This document shows positions 11,923 to 23,290 of a DNA stretch of 41,050 nucleotides, piece by piece (position 1 is the stretch's first letter; each line of letters begins with the position of its first letter). The translations under genes were made by a program, and so were the position numbers. The notes under the pieces were generated by a model. That model saw only the letters and a list, made by a program, of their open reading frames with translations. It was not told where the DNA came from and did not search any database. Origin of the DNA: Psammoneis japonica (Eukaryota); assembly GCA_008632985.1 (NCBI GenBank), contig QPGO01000118.1, positions 224,227 through 265,276 of the forward strand, read 5' to 3'.

Positions 11923-13743
11923 TCACTGGTGACAGGGTGCAATCTGCCGTAGATTGTGCGTGTCCATCAGCGCTCCGTTCTGGACATGCAACGTGCCGTT
12001 GTCACACACACGGACAACTCTGGCGGGTCCTGCATGGCTGTCAGAACTGCACTTAGAGGATTGTTCCTGTTTGATGAGTGCCAATTGCCCTGCGGTGTGT
12101 TGACACTCCTTGCGTTTCTGATTTTCACGCTTGTTGTTCAAGTGGATGAGCTTCTGCTTTCTGGTTTCTGTGCACTTCCACTTGGCACGATGGGCAACAG
12201 ACAAAACCACATCGCGTCCGAAGACCAATTGCATGGGACTTGCACGCGTGGTCGCATGTGCCACAGCTCCAATGGCGAAGGCCACTGTGGAGAGGATGCC
12301 ACTCCATGGGTCATCTTCATCCAGTTCCATGTCCTGTGCTGAAAAGGAACGCACCATGTTGCCAAGTGTCTGGTGCACACGTTCCACCATGGCATTCGCC
12401 TGTGGATTCCGTTTGCTTGTGGGTTTCTTCAAAATCCCGTGGTCATTTTTAATCATCTGGCTAAATTCTGCCACAAATTCTGTCCCACAGTCATAAACCA
12501 CCTGGGTCGGCCACGGACATCTGCATGGCCACGTTTGTTCCACGATGTTTGCTGCAACGTCTGCGCGTTTTGCAGACACTTCTTTGATCTCGAACCACCC
12601 GGTTGCTGGGTCAATCATTGTGACTGCCCACAATTGCAAAGTGTCCTTTCCGCGTCTTTGAATTTTGTGTGGCCCCATCACATCTGTGCACAGAGTCTCC
12701 CATGGAATTGTCTCTGCGACCTTTTCTGGCAGCTTCCCACAACGCTGCGTTCAGCGTTTTGTCTTCTGGCATCGATCGCACTTGGCGCATGTAGAATGCA
12801 CCGTAGACCTCACACCAGGCCAATGGAAGTGCTGGGCAATGGATGTTTCCATGCGTGTCTCACCTGGATGACACAGTGTCTCGTGGCACCATTCAGTTAG
12901 CGGAACCTGCAATGACTGTGGTGCTGCGATTTTGTCCTTATGACAGATCAACTGTCGTGATGACCCTCCCCCACGACATGCGCAAATGGAGCAGTCGGAC
13001 GAGTCCTCAGCTCGTGAGAGCAGGCGCTTGTCCTTTTGTTGTGCTTTTTGAATGCGCTTGAAGCCAACAGGCAGAGACATCTCATCTTGCGCGTCTGCAT
13101 TAAAAGCTTCATGCAAAGGACGACTCGATGGAGTGTCTTTTACATCCAGATTGGCCTCGGAAGGCAAGCTGGGTGCTGGTCGAAGAGAGCGTCAGCGACT
13201 GGGTTATGGGCACCCTTGACACAGCGTGGTTCGGGACCGCATTCTTTGCGTGTCAACCGCCAGCGCATGACGCGCTCGGCATTGAACACTTTGTGCGCAA
13301 GATTTTTATGATCAGCACACACAATCATGCGATGACCAAGGAGAATCGTTCGAAATTCTTTCAACGTCTCCACAATGGCGAGCAATTCTCTCTCCGTTGT
13401 TGCACAATTTAATTGCGCACCATCAAGCTTTCTGCTGTAAAAGGCGATGGGTTCATCATTTTGGGATGCAACTGCTCCCAATTGATGTTTAGAGGCATCG
13501 GCACGCATCTCAAAGGGTTCATTAAAATCAGGATGTGACAATGAAACATCATCCGACATCACCCGTTTGACGGTTTCGAACGCCTCATCTTCAACGGACG
13601 TCCACTCCCACTCAACAGTCTCGCTTGCGAGTCGTGTTGGCGGAGCCAAGACTTCAGAACGTCCAATCCACGTGTCGCAGCAGCAGCTCACCATGCCAAC
13701 AAATGAGCGCAGGTTGCGTTTGTTGGTTGGGGTCGCGATTCGC
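11923..13743 (-). pseudogene. Gypsy RNase H and integrase, frameshifted and hypermutated
   Basis: ADASKHQLGAV, IAFYSRKL, ERELLAIVETLKEFR, ADHKNL; integrase H..LCHPG, CAKCDRCQ, TMIDPATGWFE, NPQANAMVERVHQTL. Confidence 0.92.
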
Positions 13744-13747
13744 TTGA

Positions 13748-15058
13748 GAGGGCGGTCCAGAGATCGCCTGGCACACTTTTTGCATAGAAACCACACGAGA
13801 GCCAAGCACGTACATTCCTGCATGGACGCAGCACAAAAACACAAAGCGGCACTCCATCACGACTCCTCTCGACACACCACCTGACGACAATCCATCAAAA
13901 TGGCATCGTCCGTGTCTTTCTGTAGCTCCTCTTTCACTTGCCCCATTTCTCCAAAAGGGCCAGGGATGGCTCATGCATTTCTGTTGTGATGGAACAATGC
14001 AAACGCAAGTTGTTTTTTCACTCCAAACTCTCAGAATGCAGTGCAACATGTTGTCAAGGCGAACTCAGTGAATGTCCACTCCATGAAAACAACAGAGACA
14101 TGATGCCCCAGAAAAACAAGCTCTGCACTCCCATGACAAGTTACAAAGCCAATTGTTCTTTTGGGCTTGCACTCTTGTGCTGTTTTTGGAGACTTGGCAT
14201 TGTGCATAATTTGCCCCTACTTTAACATCTAAATGTGTTGCACAGGCTTAGCAGATGAGGCAAATGAGTCACATGTTTCTGTGTCACAAACTACCTTGTG
14301 TCTGTAAGACTCAATGCAAGCCATCATGATCGCCATGGCTCGTTTCTCTGTCGAACAAAACTGCGCATCACCTTCTGGAGGCACGTCAAATGCGCGTCAA
14401 AATTGCTCGACGACAAATCTGAGCTGCTGAGAGCTTGAACATCTTCAGACACCACAGACCCAAGCTTCTACATTTACCATGAAGTCATCCGGATGCTGCA
14501 TCTGTGACTTGGACTTGTCGTCAGACTGCCGTGGCCGTTGCAAGGTGGAAGTGACATTCAAAGCAAGCACTTCTCTCTCAGGGATGGCCCATGGCAAGGG
14601 AGACCCTACAGAACAAAACAACAATGAGGAAAGACAACACATGTGTAAGTTGAAAGAATGTGAGCGTACAAGCACTCAACGAAATGCACAGCATGAATGG
14701 TGATGCATGAGTTGCGTGTTGATGCAACAAAATCGGCGGTGTCAACACCAATCTTCAGTTCAAAATTTCACCATGATCTACCCATGTGAACCTGTGCACT
14801 CTCGAGCTTGTCACATACCTCATGCTATGACGTGTGATATTCCGTTGAGAGTACACTACAAAGTACCTCAGAAACAACCGCATTTTTGAAATCGGCGAAA
14901 CGCCATTGTCCGTGTTATTTTGCGTGTTGTTTTGCGTCGCGAGCCAGAAAACACACCCAAAAACTGTTCTACAGGGCGAAATGTACTGAATCTACACAAA
15001 TTTGGGTTGTACCAGGCCACGTAGAAAATGAACGGGCCGAGAACTGTGGTACGCCCAC
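13748..15058. mobile_element. 1.3-kb non-autonomous DNA-transposon-like insertion splitting gypsy pol
   Basis: Removing it restores KVDAI-K-RIATPT. Flanked by TTGA (13744-13747) and TTAA (15059-15062). Imperfect terminal inverted match: gagggcggtccagagatc vs gtgggcgtaccacagttc. Confidence 0.8.
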
Positions 15059-15062
15059 TTAA

Positions 15063-16356
15063 TGGCGTCGACTTTATTAGGCATTGGTCGCATTACGTCT
15101 CTGTTGACCAGATAACCCAAGTGTTCTAATTGGGTTTGACAGAAGTGAGATTTAGTTGCGTTAACTTTTAGTCCTGCTTTCTGGACCCTCAATAAAACTT
15201 CTTCAAGTTTGTTGAGGTGATCTTCACAGGTGCCTTTCGTCACGACGAGAAGGTCATCTAAGTACGTTCGAACGAACGATAGATCTTCAAATAAGCCTGA
15301 CATGCGTTCTTGGAAAATGTCTGGCGAATTACATAATCCCATGGGCAATACCTGCATCTCATACTTGCCCCACGGGAAGATGAGCGTGCAGAGCTTCTTG
15401 CTGTCAGTATCCAATCGGATATGATAATAGCCCATGTTTAAATGCAGCGATGTAGCCCACATAAAGCCTTCGAGCTTAAGTAGCATATCTTGGATATGAG
15501 GAATCGGATAAGGCAATCGCTTGATCCGTTTATTCAGCTCTCTGCAATCATTAATAAAGCGTACCGTTAAATCTTTCTTCGGTATGATAAATGATGGAGC
15601 TGCCCATTGGGATCGGTTAACGCGTTTGAGAACACCGATACGTACTAGGCGTTCTACTTCTTTACGTAGCGTAGCTTCGTACGCACGAGGTACTTTATAC
15701 GGACGAGCGTGGTATGGTTCTACGCCCTCCTTGAGTTGGATATGGTAGGGTTCTCCCTTCCATTCTCCTAATGTCCCATCAAATAAGGACTCATGGCGTT
15801 TCAATAGTGCCAAAAGGTCGTTTTGTTGAACTATAGAAAATCCTATTGCCTATCGCGTTATGTCCTCGAGGCAGGCCGGCGCGTACTTAGCGTCTAAAAT
15901 ACGCAAAATCCGGTCGGTTTCCGAATATAAGGCTTCTGGATCTTGAAGATAGAAGGAGGTTTCCACCGTAGCATCTACGTGCCTCATTGGTACTTCTCCA
16001 TTGACTAATGGCCACTCTATCATCTGTTTAGAGAAGACAATATCAATGCCTTGTGTCTCCAGAATGTCACGTCCAATAATCATATCGTACTTGCCCAACT
16101 TTCCGTTGTGTATGTGGACGGTATGTTTAAGTTCTGCAGTTTCGAATAATTCTGGTAACCAAAATTTAACGGTACAGTCGTTAGACGTACTGAACGAGCC
16201 TGCTACAGTAGTCCAGTTTGTCTCAGCCGTTGAATGGCTTCGCAGACGTTTACAGTATCGACTATCGAGTAAAGCACTGCTGGCGCCACTATCTAGCAGT
16301 GCCTTGATGGTTTGAGTCTTGCCCTTGCCATGTTTAGCATTCATAGCTATGAACAA
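15063..16356 (-). pseudogene. Gypsy aspartic protease and reverse transcriptase (one in-frame TAG at 15850-15852)
   Basis: ALLDSGAS, YDMIIGRD; RT WAAPSFIIPKKD, RELNKRIKR, LPMGL, TYLDDLL. ORFs 15850-16356 and 14992-15813 share a frame. Confidence 0.93.
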
Positions 16357-16950
16357 GATTGGAGTAAGATGAGTCTTTTTAAAACTCGTTTGCGGGATTG
16401 GCCTACAACACGTGTACGATGGTAATTCAGTTGTTCATTCATGCATTCATCCAATGTGTTAAAACTGCCTGCATCGTGTCGGCCCCCTTCTCAGGCGTCC
16501 GAATCTTCGGAATCACTTGACGCATTCGCACAACGAGCTGATGGATGGCAAGACGATTTGACATTCTGAATTTTTTTTGCACTGGAAACTTCGTGCGCGC
16601 TACACGAGCATCGCTAAAAATCGGCGACATGACGGCGGTGCGTTGTCGTGATGACAGCGACGACATCGACGTGTCCTGGAGTCTTTGAGCATTGTGGACA
16701 TTTAGATTGTTAAATTTGCGAACACATGAAGTCATGAAATGGACCAGGAGCAGCCTTCGTTCAATGCAAAACGTCACACCAACACTGACTCTGTTTTTTG
16801 ACTGTCATTTGATGCACTCAATTGTCGAACGATCATGAGCCAGTCCGGGCAGCTTTCTTTGCGCATTGATGTTCTTAAGAGCATTGTTGATGACGCTGTC
16901 AAGTGCACATTTTAAAGTCGTTCTGCAAGACAGTCAGAAAAATGTCATCG

Positions 16951-18102
16951 TCATCGTCGGCGTCGACGGCAATTTGTCGCGCAAATCGCAAAAAAAGCAC
17001 GACAGTTGTCTGTCTGACATTGCGCCACTGTGCGCTGGTTGTGCGAATGCCTCAAGTTGAGGTCGCGGAAGTGATCAAGCTCCTCCTCGCGTGCCTTGCG
17101 CTTTTTCTGAGCGTTGGCAAAGAACTCCTCGACCTTCGATCCGATGAGAGCACTGACATCTTCCTCGTTCCGAGGTTTTGCATTGGGCTTGCTGCCTCCG
17201 TCATTGGAATGTCCAGTCTTGACACGTTTCACGTGGTGCTTGAGCTGACGGCAATCCTCCGTATGATGTCCACAGTTAGTCCCGTGCAGCATGCATGACT
17301 TCTGGGTGTTCCGTTGGGTCGTGATCAACGACTCAGGATTGTCCGTTCTACGTCCCCATTTACGTGGAACCTCAGCATGTTGGTCCTGGTTGCCTTCGGC
17401 AAGCTCGACCTGCTCGATGCGCTTGCAGAACTGCACAAATTCGGCGACAGTGTGCGCCAACGGGTCAAAATTCTGCAGCGTCATGAACTTCTGTCATGCG
17501 TTCGGCACACCGCACTCGAACATGTCGCACAGTTCGTCATCAGGTGATGGTGCCGGTGCTTCTCCGTCCTCCATCACGGGTGGAAACTGAGAGACACAGC
17601 TGTTAATTTCAACAGCCCTCGCGACGCAGTCACGAGTGGAAACCTCTGTGGGCTTGCGCATGAAGCACCTCAGATGACGCTTCTGCAACAGTGCCGCCCC
17701 ATGTGGGAAGACACTTTCCTTTAGCTTCGCGACGCATGCTGCGCACGCAGCGTTGGTTTGGGATGCCTGCTTGTCAGCGGCATCATTGAATGATGTCAGA
17801 GCATCGCCCTGCAGCAGGTCACGCACAAGGGCAAATTTCGCTGGCCCGGTCGTGATGTTTTGTCCTTCGTGCACGCGATCCACATTGCGCAGAAAGATCA
17901 GGAGTGTCTCGCATGTAGCCGCAGAAAGGTGCGGAATGCCCATCTCGTGCGTTGGACTGTCCGGATCAGCGGGGTTGTCACGCAGCTTGAACGTCTGGCA
18001 CTCGCCCTGCTGCAGCTCTTTCTTCTCCGGCCGTGCGAACGGAATCGGCGGCTCAATCCGCTTCTTCATGGTCGTTTTAAGATTTGTCGGTCCTGCCAAC
18101 AT
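16951..18102 (-). pseudogene. Gypsy gag (internal TGA at about 17494; zinc-knuckle-like CMLHGTNCGHHTEDC)
   Basis: Two in-frame ORFs just downstream of the 5' LTR. Confidence 0.8.
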
Positions 18103-18163
18103 TTCGTAGTTTCGTTTCTGTAGATTTCGTCACCTCGCACAACATGCGGGAGTGACATCACTG

Positions 18164-18595
18164 TGCCCCATGCATGCACCAGGCACTGAAAAAGAGGGTG
18201 TGTTGCGACTTTGTCGTTGTGAAAATTATGAGCCAGTTTAGAGCAGAGAAAATGGGATCATGTGAATGGGGAATCTTGCCAAATCCCCATTCGTTCGCAT
18301 TTGGATTGCATCAAATCGATCGTGCGCTCGCATTGTGGATCGCGCGAATCAAGCCATCATGCGCTGTGCACGAGTGATGTCATCGTGTGGAATCACGCCA
18401 CCATCGTGGGCCAGACGACGGGCTGGTGTGCTTCACACGGATGCTCTCTTGGCATCCTTCTGGAATTGCCTGAGACCTAGAGCAACGCCCTCCTGTGGTC
18501 GTGCTTCCCAGGTGCGTGTTAACAACACTGCGTTGCCACGTACAAGAGGCTCATGCACGGTCTCGCTGTGTTGTCCAGTGGCGAGGCATGCTGCA
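18164..18595 (-). repeat. Gypsy 5' LTR
   Basis: Paired with 11462-11893; followed by TSD CTGG. Confidence 0.95.
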
Positions 18596-18599
18596 CTGG

Positions 18600-21443
18600 C
18601 ACCTCAGCTCTTCTGCAGTGTGCCAGCATGTCATTGCAATGCACTTCATTCAAGTTGTGAGCCCAGGTGGAGTGCAAGCACTTCAAGGCAGCTGTCTTGC
18701 ACCATCAGAAAGCAGCCCCAGGCAGTTGATCAGCAGACCCCAACTTTGCTCCCCACTCAGAACAACCACAGACTGTCCCATCTGGGTGTTGGTGCTTCTT
18801 GATCTTCTGGTTCTTTCTGCATGCACTTTGATGGTGCATGCAGAGCATGAAGCTGCCCACACACATTTCAGCATCAGCTTGTCCACTGGCTCCATGCCAA
18901 AGGTTTGATGCCAGGCAAACCCATGCTGCATGCATCCTGTGACTGAAACAAGCCACAAAGTGTGTGCTCAACCTGGGCATCAACAAATTGTGCACACTCT
19001 CAATCTCTGCCAACAACTGGTGCCAGCTCATCATTTTGGGCTCAGAGTGGGAACTGCTGAGCTGTCATTGTTCTCATTGGCATCATCATCCCATGCATCA
19101 ATGTTGCTGATTTGAGCAAAGCCAATGGCACCTCAGTTCATGACCAGCACGGCACATGTGACAGCCCATTGTGCACTTGGTCAGCAGAGCAGTTGTGCAA
19201 AGACAATGCCACATCACACAAAGCATTTCAAACAACTCTTTTCTCATTGTGGCAGAGGCTCTTGAAAATGACACATCAAGGTGAGGCAGTGCTTGTGAGC
19301 AGCATGGTGGTGAATTTTCTGAGGCAGAGCAACTGAGTGATTTGGTGCCAGATGAAAATGTTTCAATGGTCATTTTTCCACCTCAAACCCTTCTTTCTGA
19401 ACAAGCCCTCAGTTCTTAACCTCCACCCCCCTTTTGTGTGTGACAAAATTCTCAATTGGCACAAAATGCATGGATTGCATGCTAAAAATTCTCTCAGATC
19501 ACATGTCTTGAAAAGGAGAATGGTTGAAACAAGCTCCTCACACGCGCAAAAAGAGGGGCAAGTTCTCAGGATTTGTTTGGGTGATGGGGTTTGAGCTGGA
19601 GACATGATGATCATTGAAATGCAGCATCCATCCACCAAAATGTGTGGCGTGGTTCTGCCCCAAAAGGTTGAAAGTGACACTGCCTGTGTGATGATTGCAC
19701 ACCACTGCACAGTGGAAATGTTTGTGCCACGAACCTGCAAGCAGATTGTGGTGCACAAAGCCATCAAACTTGCCACTCAACTCCAATTTCATGACAGACA
19801 TTGTGTGGGCACATCTGATGCCCATTTGCTGATGCTCTGTGCTGTTGCAATGTGGGGTCCAGGAGCCATCAATGCAGACAATGAAGACATGCCCAAACTT
19901 GGGGAGTGCAGTTTGACTGGCATTGGTGTTTTTGCCATCATCATCCTTGCCTGCATTCACTGGGTGGTCATTTGTTGATGAGACACCCTCTTCTTTGTGT
20001 TTGTGGGCCAACCCCAGAAGGCTGTGGGTCTTGAATTGTCTTGTTCTTGGACAGAACATTGAACATCATCACAGCAGATAGATTTGCACCTCTTGTGTTC
20101 AAGATTGGCTTGCACTTGTTGAGGATGTGTGATCTGACATGGGTCATGGTGTTGACCATGTGGGGGCACTTCATGCAATGTGGCTTGACTTGGCAAAATG
20201 CTCTGCTGTCACCTTTGCATTGGGCTGCACTGCAAAATTCGGGGCACACATTTCCAGGCTGTGTGGTGGTGGTGGAGCAGTGGCCAGGTGACTCTCTTTT
20301 TCATTCCAAAGCTGGTGACCTGGTGGCTCAAGCTAGCTCAGCAGCTCCACTTTTTGAGGTGGCAAGCACAGCCCCATTCCTTGTCAAAAACCTCAACATG
20401 AATGAGCTCATGCATCCATGCCAGGGTGAAGATGGCCCACCCACAGATGCCTTGAGGATGTGCAAGAAGTTGATGAGCAGCACCTTGGACGCTGTCTCTG
20501 TGCCTCATTTTTGCTGCTGCTGGGACACATGAGTGATCACAGCCAAGCCTTGGTGGCACCAGGGAGATTGTCAAATGTCTTGGGCACACGGAGAGTCAAA
20601 CACATCTCACCCAAGCAGCATCACAGCCAAGAACCTTTCTTTCTCAACACATGCCACCCACAGCACATCTTGCTTGCACCATGGTTGGCAAAAACCTGGC
20701 TGTGGTGCTGCAAAGCTCATCTCTCTCTTGCAAGTCTCTGTCTTTGAAAGCAGCCATGTGGGCTGATTGAAGGGACCTCAGTGTCCAACAGAGCAGGAGG
20801 GGCCACTTGAGATGCCTGGTTTGGGCCAGAGTGTCCCGTCAGAAAAGTGGGGCAGGAGGCGCCAGGTGTCCTGGCAGAAAACATGAAAAGAGCCCTCTTG
20901 TGGTGGTTGGCACACAATTTTGCATCAACCTTCTTGCTGACTTGAGGCAAAAAGGCAGGGTGCAGTGGTCTCTTCTTCCCACACACCCTCTGAAACACAG
21001 CGCACACAGCCAAAAGGCAACAAAAACAAGTTGTGTCACATCAAGAGCACAGGTTGGGTGCTTTTTGTACCCTTTGGCACAATGCAACAACCACATCACA
21101 GTGCAGCTGCTCCAAGTCTCTTTTGCACCCCTTCCCTTTCTCAATTTGATGACCCTGCCATCAAATGGTGGGTCGTTGGGGGGTGGGGGCAGGAGCAGCG
21201 GTGAAGAAGACTCAAAAGGCGGCCTTCTTTGCCAAAATGCAGCCCCAAGCTGCACCTCCTGCACCCAAATGGCCAATGGCCCCTTTCTCATTTGTTTCAT
21301 TGAGTCTTCTGGGTCAATCTGAGCACGCCTCACCTTTTGAGATGTTTCTTGGTCTCGTCTTGGTGTGGAACACACCAGCTGTAAAAAGGTCGCGCTGGAT
21401 CCGGCTGCAATGGTGACGTGGCGTGACGTGGCGTGACGTGCCC
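18600..21443 (-). mobile_element. Degenerate MULE/Mutator-like transposase region
   Basis: Minus-strand SWIM-like remnant PKFGHVFIV...HCNSTEHQQMGIRCAHTMSV (about 19790-19900) and an ICGW remnant (about 20440). Terminal (gtgacgtggc)n repeat at about 21414-21440, where composition returns to normal. Confidence 0.55.
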
Positions 21444-21627
21444 AACAGGGAGGCCATTGCATGTTGCGACGGTCGGAAACGATGTTGTGAGTTCTTGATG
21501 GCTCTCCCTCACTTTTTTGGATTTTGCATGCTACTCCACAGTGTATTTAATTCTGCTTCGTTTGATTGACTGTACCGTCATACCGTACAGTACAGTGTCA
21601 TACTTTGGTGCCGGTGCAACATTCATC

Positions 21628-22874
21628 ATGTCACCTCTCTACAATGACGACAAGAAGAAATCCTTCTCATCAGAGGATGTAGAACACGGCAACAAGAGCC
21701 AAAAGATTTCCTCAAGCACAATGGATGATAACTCGTCCGAGTCAAATCATCACACCAATGAATCATCATCATCGCCGAGCAGCAGCAACAATGACAACAC
21801 GACCTTCTGTCCTTTTAATGCCGAATACTCTCATCACGAGTATATTTTTGTTGTTTGTGCTGGATTAGCTTTATCGTTCAACTCCGGTTACATCAATGGC
21901 GCGTGTCTGTCGGGATTTTTAGTCGATACTCGTCAGTCTGTTTCGGCCTTTACTGGTGCCTACACGGTATCGGCTTTGGCCTTGGCGGATGGCAATGTCG
22001 ATTTGTTTGGATTTCAGTTCAGCATGATTCTAAGCTTTATTGCCGGTGCCACCCTTGCGGGTCTCTTGACACCCAAGGCACAAGCGTGGCGCATTGCACC
22101 AACCTACGGACCCACCTTTTTGGTGGGTGGCTGCTTTCTCTTGATTGCCACTCTGCTCGCCATGTTGGATAGTGACGATTCAAAACGACTCTTTTATTTT
22201 GCGGCAGCCGCCAATGGAGTTCAGAATGGAATTTCGAGCATGTATTCGTCCAATCTCATTCGTACCAGTCACTTGACGGGAACGTCCACCGACATTGGCT
22301 TGCTCGTGGGACAGTGTCTTCGTGGAAATCGTAAACAGCTTTGGAAGCTGCGCTTGTTGGTAGGATTGGCAACATTTTTTTGGCTGGGCGGAATCGTGTC
22401 CTTGTATGCAACTCGAAAATTCACAAGACACTCTCTTTTGTTTAATACAGTCTTGTTCTTTTCGATTGGACTTTCGTTGGTAGTGTTTTTGAGCAAAAAA
22501 TTGGGCATTGGCATGTTGCAAGCCACGGTGGGTTCATGGAGTTGGCAAGAGGCCTTGCACAAGCTGAGTTTGTACGCGGACGATGGACGACCCATGTCGG
22601 CCGAATCCATGATGGAAGTTTTTGACAAGATTGATGCCGATGGCAGCGGTACGATTGAAGAGGGCGAGTTGTACATCACGTTGAAGGAGGCGGGATTGAC
22701 ACGATTGAGTCGCAAGCGAGTCAGGGCTATGATGATGTGGCGGATGAGAATTCGGATGGACTGTTGTCACGAGAGGAATGGAAGGAACTTGTGATGGGAA
22801 CAGTGTCAGATAAAAGTGCCAGTCAAGGACAAGTAGAGCAGCAGTTTAGCATGGGCCAACACAAACGAGTGTGA
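21628..22874 (+). pseudogene. DUF1275 + EF-hand paralog (copy 2); 1-nt deletion at about 22735 in the second EF-hand (real or sequencing error)
   Basis: Collinear with 3992-5209. Copy 1 reads atgatgagtgtg and copy 2 atgatgatgtg. The restored frame has CAG in place of copy 1's TAG stop and ends at the TGA that begins the LTR (22872-22874). Confidence 0.8.
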
Positions 22875-23216
22875 CAATGTTCATGTTTGCATGTTTTTAC
22901 AACAACATCGGACCTCCACGATTCAAGTCAGAGATCCAAGATTCGAACCCCGTGTGCGATGCTCAGTCTCGAATCCCGCGGAAGCCGAGTCACGAATGCG
23001 ATGTTTGTTCCTAGCTTCGCGCTTGTTTAACTTTGCGTTTCCTTTAGATGGCAGCTGCATCTGCTCATAAAAACTGCTCATAATCTTTCTAACGTACTGA
23101 TTATCACCTCTCAACTTTTGGCACAATAAAGTTACTGATTGATTGTTGTGTCGCAACCACAGCTTTTAATCACTGAAAGTGCAGACGAATCTTAGAATTC
23201 CGGCTACTTTCCCACA
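22872..23216 (+). repeat. Copia-1 5' LTR (345 bp)
   Basis: TG...CA; matches 29105-29446 with a few substitutions and two small indels. Confidence 0.93.
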
Positions 23217-23230
23217 CGCTTCCTCTGCGC
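23215..23230 (+). promoter_or_regulatory. Putative primer-binding site complementary to the tRNAi-Met D-arm
   Basis: CACGCTTCCTCTGCGC versus CACGCTTCCGCTGCGC, the complement of the conserved eukaryotic tRNAi D-arm (15/16); directly abuts the LTR end. Confidence 0.6.
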
Positions 23231-23290
23231 AATCTACAAGTTAAGTCAATCGATCTTAAGCTCTCGATTCTACTTTACTTTGCTGTCACT

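Larger units (their letters stand above)
11462..18595 (-). mobile_element. Ty3/gypsy LTR retrotransposon, structurally complete but mutated
   Basis: 432-bp TG...CA LTRs, 4-bp TSD CTGG (11458-11461 and 18596-18599), PPT (minus TGGGGGAGTG at about 11894-11903), gag-PR-RT-RH-IN order. Confidence 0.95.

Noticed and set aside
5520..21450. Dozens of short Cys/His/Trp-rich ORFs
   Set aside because: They are a by-product of TA loss, which removes TAA/TAG stops and enriches TGY/CAY codons; not real genes.
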